Assembly (NCBI GenBank): GCA_013115125.1
Contig: JABANN010000083.1
Coordinates: 57,730-77,729, forward strand
DNA from: Perkinsus olseni
Taxonomy: Eukaryota
Direction of reading: 5' to 3'
DNA length: 20,000 bases
This document shows positions 1 to 7,794 of this stretch, piece after piece. Positions within the stretch are counted from its first letter, which is position 1. Every line of letters starts with the position of its first letter. The notes below the pieces were generated by a model, which had not been told where the DNA came from, did not search any database, and saw only the letters and a list, made by a program, of their open reading frames with translations. The position numbers and the translations under genes are program-made.

Positions 1-326
1 TGTGCGCGCCGCGGATCACACGGGGTCAAGCGACCAGCGTGGCGTCGGTTGAGTGATCGACTGTCCTGGCAAATACAATATGAAACAACACCTCAGTCAG
101 CAGGCAGTCCTGGCTGAATGTTTGGTTGTAAATAAGCCATGAGCCTCCCAGGGATTTCGCCTTTGCTTTTCTACTCATTATTGAGCGGGTGGAGTTGAGA
201 GCGATTGCCCTGAGAATATCCACGGTCCCATGGGTCCTGGGCCATGGTGCCACTGTCCCGGTGACACCACTGGGCAGGCGCCACTGAAATGTTTCAACCA
301 AGGTACAACAAGTAATTGTCATTTTC

Positions 327-758
327 ATGATGATGGTCTTCTTCTACCTCATAGTCCTCATCACCCAAGCTGTGGCAGCTCCAACCCCCATCCCACCCTT
401 CCCATTCCCCAAAGGGAAATACATTGGTGGACATCTCAGACCAGCGTACCTGCGAGTCGAGACTGACTTCCGTACCGTTCGTGATGTACCCAAGGTTCAT
501 CTCAGGATCTCTTGCGGGCCAAGTAGATCTTCCTGGGATGGTTGGTTCGATATCGACAGAGGTCAACTTCCCAATTTGTTCACTCTGAAGAACTACTTGA
601 GCAGCTGCAAGTATACGGAGCTTTTTATCTTTTACAAAGCTCACTGCAATCGGGGTAAAGGCAGCAGAGGTTATCTAGCCGTCTTCTCCAAGGACCCCAA
701 ATCGAACCAGTATGCCACCAGATTGGGGAAGGATACGATCTTCCTTCGCTCGGAGTGA
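327..758 (+). CDS. Small intronless secreted protein (143 aa), no recognised family
   Basis: Complete ORF. The hydrophobic N-terminus MMMVFFYLIVLITQAVA ends in an A-x-A cleavage-like site, followed by Pro-rich APTPIPPFPFPKGKY and 3 Cys. An AT-rich, UTR-like tract follows the stop. Confidence 0.7.
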   Translation: MMMVFFYLIVLITQAVAAPTPIPPFPFPKGKYIGGHLRPAYLRVETDFRTVRDVPKVHLRISCGPSRSSWDGWFDIDRGQLPNLFTLKNYLSSCKYTELFIFYKAHCNRGKGSRGYLAVFSKDPKSNQYATRLGKDTIFLRSE

Positions 759-2431
759 GGTCTGTAATGATTTTGATGATTTTGATTTGGTTATAGTCAC
801 GTATTCCAGTGAGCCGATCATATTATGATACGGTCAAACACGGGTTCGTGATGAAACCAGTTGATCCTTTTTGTATTCATATACTCATTACCAGACTTAT
901 TGAGATAGGGTGGAGGATCGAGGACCCACAATATTACAAGATATCTCTGTGACGCGACCAATCATCATTTCGAACAAGGAACAAGTTATTCGTGATGTTA
1001 CCTGTGAAGTCCGTATTTTACGATATCGTTTCGTTAGTCATACGTTGTGATGCTCACGTACTTCAGAGGTTCTTCGTTTTTGGTCTCTTCTGTCGCTATA
1101 CCTCCTAAATGGAGAATAGTATTCTCAGAATACTCCTATCGCAGAAGGCAATCTTGGGTTGCTCGAGAGCCAGTCTGACTGGCCCAGTCATCGAGGTGTA
1201 TCCAAACTCATGCAGTTCAAAGTCGGGAAGTGTCGGAATCAGGCAATAGGTGAATGCGTTTCATGATTTTGAGGCAGTTTAATTCCAGGCAATTGAGATC
1301 GGGGCAGAAGCCTTCGACAAAGTTGTACCAATAAAGACAGTGGACACTGGTGCACCCAAATCCTCGCTCGCCGTATCCCTCGTGCAGTGTCATCTGAGGC
1401 ACTACTGAGCAACCCATTCGACCAACTCAAAAATTGGTTTTTACTGAAACTTCACATGTGTCACCGTCACATCGTCGTGTATTCTCGTTAAGAAGAAGAC
1501 TTCACACATTAGCTTACACTCTATAGTATGGCTGTCATCATGCGGTGAATACTTCATCAGAGGACGGGACGGAAGCTTGTTGGGCCTTAGTAGGGGCTTT
1601 GCTCCTTTCAAGAACGGCGCTACAGCTCCTGCGACACTTTATGTACTTCTGATCCCCGCGATTTTATTGATTATTGTTCCGCCTTGTGGCCAGACTAGTT
1701 TAAAAGTGGGCGGGCTTGTATTGGTGACCGAGTTGGGAGTTGTCTGTAAAGAAAGTGCCCGAGTTGAAAACTGCCGGGTTTGAACTGTATGAGTTGGGAT
1801 TCTACCGATCTTCGATCTCATCGTTGACAACCGATTTTAGTTCCGCTGCCACTGTGTCTAGTATGCGCTGCATACTCTATTCCAATCGAAGAGCTAGCAG
1901 CGAGGGTATGTGGGGTCAAACGCGACCGCTCTGTTGCGTTCTGTCTGAGGCGGGATATCAAGAGTATGCGCAGCATTCTCCCAAGGAAAAAGATTCATCA
2001 CCTAAGAACTCCAAGTGTTGCCAATCGCATTCACCCACCGCTCCTCTGGAACTGGGAAGAACATAAGACATATATTTGACATAGAGGAGTGTAATTACAA
2101 AGGTCACACGAGTCCCAAAAAGACTTATGAAGGCTCATTTAAGGAGGCGAACGAAAGTCGGCCGTTTCCTAACCGCAACCGTTTCAATGCACTCGCCGGC
2201 GGGTCCCGCCTGGCACTGGTAAGATCGGAGCGCCACAGAGCCTGTTAGGCATCGAAGATTCCTCGCGAGACCTCGCTTGACCTCACACACAGTCAGTGTG
2301 ATCTGAGGGACACCTCACCACTAAAATGAACACAAGATGGCCAATATTAGTGGAAGAGGCTGCTGGTGATGGTGCTGCTTCATTGCCCATAGACATGCAT
2401 TACTGTACAACATCACTGATAAAATACCATC

Positions 2432-4448
2432 TCAGGAAGAGTCACTCGAGTCACTCGGCTCCTCGTTGGGGGGAACATAGGGAGCCAATCTCACGCCGTC
2501 CGCTGGATGGCCACCGCCAACAGCAGAAGCAGCCGCGTCGTTCCTACTCAAAACCATCGGCCTTCTCACTTCACACAGCTCCACGGCTCACTTTTTGACA
2601 GGCTGCTGCTGCTGCTGTTGGTGATTCATGGACTCGACAAAGGAGTTGGTCCCCGGCAACTCACGCAACTTACTTGTAGCCCGACTCGGCATAGGGGCGA
2701 GCAGGGGAGGAGTCGGACTGCCGACTCTAAGCGGCTGCTGCATGGGAGCTCGGAAATGCTCTCCGCCTGGCTGGACCCTGGACGCACAAATCAGCGTTTC
2801 GTAGCAACGACGGTACGAACCCGTCAGGGACAGAGCCCCTGGACTCGTGAATGGCCTTGGCAGCAGCTGCTACGGCTGCAGCGAAGATTCCCTTGTCCAT
2901 ATCTAGCGGGGGAGTTCCACTTTCCCCAACAGTACCAACCTGGGGTGCTGTAAGGGGCCTCGGGACACACCCGGTATACATCTACGATGAGGAGATGTCA
3001 ATACAACTGAGCAGAGAACGAGGGTGACCTGTTGCTCCATCAGGCGTATAGTCTGCTGTTGGACATACTCGCGGATCTGCAGGTCGACTCTAGGAAGATA
3101 CGAATAACCTCAGAGGCTGCGCGTCAGAGGCCTCACTGTGCTCTAATCGTATCCTCGATATACTGAGGGAGCCCTGGAGGCAGCGGACCTGAAGACCCTC
3201 GCCATCTAGCATGGGAAGCTGATAAGTCTTACCATAGGAAGGGCCGTACAGATGTGCCTGCCGCTGTGGGAACCTGAAGGGTGGTGTCAACATCCGTACG
3301 CCCGTCTCCTCCCGCCCACCCCTCTCGAGGTGGCAGTCCGTAGGGTGTAGACTGTTGGTCAAACCTGCAGCTAGACAGTGCAGCAAGGCGCTCAGTATGA
3401 CCTCACTTTCCCTCGACCAATGCAGCAGCCGCAGCCGCAACAGCAGCACCGAAGACGTCCTGACTGGCTCCGCGTACAGCAGGATACGGAGGTGCTGTCA
3501 CGGCCTGGATAAGCATGGAGCGTGGAGACTGCGCCGAAGCGTCTCCCACCTGCTCAGCGCCCCACCATGTATTGAACCGCTGACGCACGGCCTCCTGGAC
3601 CTGCCTCTCCCACCTAAGGGCCTTGCTAGGGGGACTCGGCCACGGCCAGATGATGCCTACTGTAGCCTTGCAAGCTCCTCCTGCCTCAACGCAGCTTCCC
3701 TGTATATGCTCCACTTAGAGAACCCTTGAACGTTCTGGAAATCTACAGAGGTGATACTTGGAATAGCGGATGGAGTGGTACTGGTCTACTGTAGTTGGCG
3801 TCCGCCTGGTAGTCTCCGGACGGAGGAAACTGATACGTTCTGACAGACAGTAGAGGTAATAACCCGAAGGAAGGCCGACCGTCAACTCACTCAGGCAGGC
3901 AGGGGGTGGGTGAGGGTACTGCGGTACTAGCGTAGGGACTGGAGGCCAGCGACGAAGACATTGGTGAGGAGGAGGGCACGCTGGAAGGGCATCGCGGCCG
4001 ACCCTAGGGAGGGAGGATGTAGTGGAGCCTTGAAGGAACGGAGAGGCTACTCTGAGGTTGCCCATGAGGGTCTGCCAATCCATGGATACCCCGGGAGCGA
4101 TGGGGGCGAATGGTGATGCTGTCGCGGCTGCTGGGCTCGAGACCGAGGCCGCCGCCGGCACGAAGCCTGAACGGGGGACGATGCCTTAAGGGGCAGGGAG
4201 GCCTCCTACATGCCGGGGTGGGAGACAGGGAGGGGGTCGGAAGCTGCATTCCAGGAGGCCTGGTCATCCTTTTGTTGATAGGAAGCTGCATTGGCACCTA
4301 TACGGAGAACACACCATCCGGGAATCGAACCCACGACCTTCAGGTTTGAAGATGGTACTCTGTTGTCGATGTTGTCTGGCTGGGGATACACAGCAGCCGT
4401 CGTGTCCTTCGAAAGATCCATGGTCGTTGGAGGGCCGGGGACGCTCAT
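2432..4448 (-). CDS. Multi-exon low-complexity (Pro/Ala/Gln-rich) hypothetical protein
   Basis: ATG at 4448 (MSVPGPPTT). Intron 4337-4298 (GT..TAG, 40 nt) joins ..SNLK to VPMQLP.. in frame. Later exons bounded by GT/AG give FVPAAASVSSP, FQNVQGFSKWSIYREAALRQEELARLQ, DVFGAAVAAAAAALVEG, KGIFAAAVAAAAKAIHE, NHQQQQQQPVK and terminal EPSDSSDSS* (TGA 2434-2432). Not all internal junctions were resolved. Confidence 0.6.
2603..2617 (-). repeat. (CAG)5 trinucleotide tract, part of a poly-Gln run
   Basis: ctgctgctgctgctg on the + strand; reads QQQQQ in the minus-strand gene. Confidence 0.8.
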
Positions 4449-4637
4449 AAATGATACTATACAATCTGCGAGGCCCCAGAAAGCAGCGCGCCCCCTCCCA
4501 TCACTCAACACCCCGCCGGGCGGCAACAACGCACGCTGGTAAATGCTTCAAAACACATGCCAAGGGACAGCTGCATCAGATCGAACGCCGTCGCCGTCGG
4601 CCCGACCCAGCACCATCTTGGCCGGGTCGGATGTAAC

Positions 4638-5701
4638 CTAGGAGAACGTCAGTCGGAGGGGCCGAGCGAAGCTGGAAAGGTGACCTAGCGCGTCGTAACT
4701 TCCCCTTCGCGGCTGCTCGCTATTTCGCCGCTCCCGAGCCAGTGTACTGATTCGCGACTGACTCTGTGACCGGGGCCCTGGGTTGTCCCCGTCTAGCAGC
4801 CCTCTGTACGTGCGTGGCACAGGAGCTCTGTATGAAGGCCCCCGCCGCTCAGGCGGGGACGGGCCAATATGGTGTTGGCTCTCGAAGGCTGCCGATGGTA
4901 CTGTTGGGGCCTCGAGGTCTCTCACACTAAGGGGCTCCTCTGAGTCCCCCACCCTCGTGCCGAAATCTGAACGCCGTTATCCCAACTGCAAAGAAGAAAG
5001 GGTCCTCACCGATGGAGACTCCCCACTGGAACTCGGTGGTGTTGGCTGGAGGAGGGGGAGGGGATGGGGGAAGGGACTTCCTCTTCTCGTGGGGTTCAAC
5101 CCTCACAGATGACCGGGCGGCGAAGTAGGCCATCCCCCCTACCAGAGTGATGGCCAACAGAAGCCCGCCGACGATACCTGGACGAGGCAGTGGGCGAACA
5201 GCAGCAGCACTGAGGAGGGCCTACACACTATGACGACCCCCGAGGGCCCGTTACCGTCTTCATCAAGGTCACCTCGTTGACCGTCATCAGCCGATCTGAA
5301 GAGGCTTTGGGACGGGCGGGAGATGAGCTCCCTTACGGTATGTCATTCCAATAGTTAGGGTAGAATCTTTCGCATGTAACGCCATCAGCGTTCCGTACCA
5401 CACCTTTGTCAACTATACACAGCGCAGGAGAGGCCCTGAGCACAACAGTCCCAGAGCGAGCGGCGACGCTACCCTTACCCTTCTCCTTGGCAAAGGCCTG
5501 GGTCCCAATCCCATTGGACTTCGAAATGCCGATTGTCTACGTCCTGAGGGGGACCATCTACCTGCCGCTGAAGGGCCCCTTCCCTACCCGCGTGATGAAG
5601 GCCGGCAGGTAGGTGTTGGAACCAGAGTATCTTCCCCAGACTCGGGACCCGACCTCACAGGCGGAGGTCGATGCTAATAGAGCGGTTAGTAGCACTCGCA
5701 T
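4638..5701 (-). CDS. Type I single-pass membrane protein (281 aa, 6 exons): signal peptide, Tudor/Agenet-like Cys-containing ectodomain, TM helix, disordered cytosolic tail
   Basis: Exons 5701-5588, 5543-5479, 5435-5337, 5295-5225, 5177-5010 and 4966-4638. The five GT-AG introns are 41-47 nt and all phases are consistent (846 nt). Protein begins MRVLLTALLASTSA-CEVGSRVWGRYSGSNTYLPAFITRDVDNRHFEVQWDWDPGLCQGEGASPALCIVDKGVVRNADGVTCERFYP; TM segment is VVIVCIVGGLLLAITLVGGMAYF. Confidence 0.85.
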
Positions 5702-5834
5702 CGAAAAGGGCTTCAAGCCTTCTGGCGGAAGTTGCGCGTCGGGAAAATGGCATGTGCGCGGATCGAACCTGGGCCGCTCGATGCGTGAGAGTATTCCTTA
5801 CCGATCTGCGCACTTAGCTGTTGGACTCGGCCTC
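5702..5834. promoter_or_regulatory. Short head-to-head intergenic region (candidate bidirectional promoter / strand-switch region)
   Basis: 133 nt between divergent ATGs at 5701 (-) and 5835 (+). It contains an inverted repeat and AG dinucleotides shortly upstream of each ATG. Confidence 0.5.
5754..5813. repeat. 12-bp inverted repeat GTGCGCGGATCG / CGATCTGCGCAC with a 36-nt spacer
   Basis: 5754-5765 versus 5802-5813: 11/12 Watson-Crick pairs, and the remaining position is G-T on the + strand. Confidence 0.8.
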
Positions 5835-7420
5835 ATGACTATCATTCCCGAGGTCCTCTGCCGCTCATCTCCATCATCCGACCCCTCTGGCCTGCGACCC
5901 TGGAACGAGAGACATCATGTCGTCTTCTCGAAGGACAACGAATCTTTCACTTACCACGCCCGCTGCTACTTCGACAGGCCGCGGGCCGTCGTGGAGGGCA
6001 AAAAGAAGAAGGCCCGACGGCCACTGTGAGGCAGGCGGGTCGGAGATCCTCCCTTATTCTCTCCACAAGGTACCCTACTTGGCGACTAGACTGCCTCGCT
6101 CCGGGGTCCGAGGCCTCCCGAAGGTGCCGGCCTAAACGGCTGAAGGTGTTGAACTCGAGGGGCATGCCAGTGAACGCTTCTACGATGGAGCTGGAGGGCC
6201 ACTGGGATGACCGACACGCTGTGGTCTTTGCTAAGGACAACGAAGACGTTTACACGGACCAGAGGTCGTTCTTTGACCGCCTCCGTGATCGACCGGACTT
6301 TTCCGTCGGCGGATTGTCCTCTGGGAGTGCGGGGTCGTCGCTGTGGCTGAGCCAATCAGTAGAAGAGCCAACCGAACCAGTAAAGGCTAGCTGGAAGTTG
6401 GCCCAGACGACCCTTCATAACCGATCCCGGGAGGAGGACGGCGGACTCGGCCCGAAGAGCTACAGTTTGCCTAAGTCAGGTAGGGAGGGAATCGAGGGTC
6501 GATCCTGGTGACATTGATGAACCCAGTTTTCCGGTCTTCATTCTACGAGCCTAGTAGTTCTGCCGGCTGGAAGGATCGTCACCACATTGCCTTCAGCAAG
6601 GGCAACCCCTCCTTTAGTAAGAACCTTCGTAGCTACTTCGACAGGTAGGGCTGTCACCGTCGCCCGGTTGGGAAAGTCCTCCCTCAGGCCTAGGGAACTG
6701 TCCGTAGCGTCCGCGGAAGACTTCCTTCCGGCTGTAATGAGCGTTGCCCGACCGAGGCCGCTTCAGGGATCGTTTTAGGTGTCTCATGGGTCGACCTTCG
6801 CTCCGCGTCAGCTCGATGTTACCTGGCGGCTTGCGTCTGATGGTCGACGAATAAAAAGAAAACAGGTTTGCTCGGATTCAGGCGACGTATCTTAGGTTGA
6901 AGCGTGCACATCACGCTCAGGCGAAAACTGCGGCATTCTTCTACCCACCCTCGGTTGTGTGGGTGCCGCCTCGACGAAGACGCAGGGTGGTTGGGAAGAG
7001 ATCCCCGGCGGTCAGCTAGCATCGGTCAGGTCGACAAGGAGCGATGGCGGCGTGAAAGATTCCCTAGCTGTGTTGCTTACCGACGCCCCGTTAGTGTCGA
7101 GTGCCAATGAACTCCATTCGTCGGTCGTGAGGGTTTCCAGCTTTCCGTCATGGACGAAACCTTGCTCACCCAAGCCACTTCCTACACTTCCCTTCGCAGG
7201 AGTATCCTCGACACCATCACAGATGCCCGAGAGGTCCAAGGTACTTGACAGACCCCTGCAGGTTGCGGTAGTGGAAATATCGTCAGTTGAGTACCCTCCA
7301 AAGTTCGCCGAGAGATTCCTTTACAAGCCCCCAGCGCCCACCAGCGCCCCACAGGGAGGGGTCAGAGTCTACAGCCCCAAGCCGGGTAAGGCCAGCGTGC
7401 AGGTGTTAACCCCAGTTTAA
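5835..7420 (+). CDS. Multi-exon hypothetical protein with three copies of a 26-28 aa W..RH...F.K.N.......R.[YF]FDR.R motif
   Basis: ATG at 5835. Introns 6026-6069, 6480-6526, 6645-6687 and 6734-6778 preserve frame, and the 6645-6687 splice restores FDRPR as in repeat 1. The 3' end is uncertain (7420, or ~7513 with a further intron). Confidence 0.75.
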
Positions 7421-7794
7421 AAAAGTAATCTACAACTCACAATCGATGCTGGGATCCATTTTTTGTCACGAAGAATGCGCTTCCAGGATCGATTCCTACT
7501 TTCTTCTTCTTGATAATCTTTGAACGCCGCTCGGCCGTGTAGACCCTGGACGTAGATTCCGACTTTTAAAATTGGTATATTGAACGGCTCCTTTGTCGGC
7601 AAACGTTGAATGTGCAGGTGTGATAGTGAAGACAGACCCTTCGGTTGCCTGCCAAGATCGCCATGGCAATAAGTTCTGCCCGACCCCATGGCACTGATTT
7701 AACATGATCTTGTTGCGTCGCTGATGTTGTTGTGTTCGGTCGGTCGGGTCGCTCAGCTTGGATTTCAGTTTCCCTCGAGGATGCCATTCTTGGC

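Noticed and set aside
1100..2250. Possible additional gene from short ORFs and splice-like sites
   Set aside because: Attempts to join exons hit stop codons and no recognisable protein emerged. Left unannotated.
3410..3500. Metallothionein-like CCCCGCGCC frame
   Set aside because: Alternative reading of GCT/GCG Ala codons. The Ala frame is echoed by a second exon whose Cys frame contains a stop.
3780..3890. WW-like LPSGYY motif in ORF 3715-4161
   Set aside because: It falls within a GTGAG..CAG intron-like segment and lacks both Trp residues.
4298..4360. Intact tRNA-Sec or opal suppressor tRNA
   Set aside because: No D-arm or A-box, the anticodon stem does not pair and there is no long variable arm. 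Kept only as a fragment-level finding.
5406..5817. Plus-strand ORFs and a possible spliced MPIVY.. peptide, or 5754-5817 as a structured intron
   Set aside because: The region is fully explained by the phase-consistent minus-strand membrane protein gene plus the intergenic region. Splicing 5754-5817 gives no clean upstream frame.
6601..6648. Apparent frameshift or premature TAG after the third repeat
   Set aside because: The frame is intact, and the TAG lies inside intron 6645-6687, whose removal restores FDRPR.
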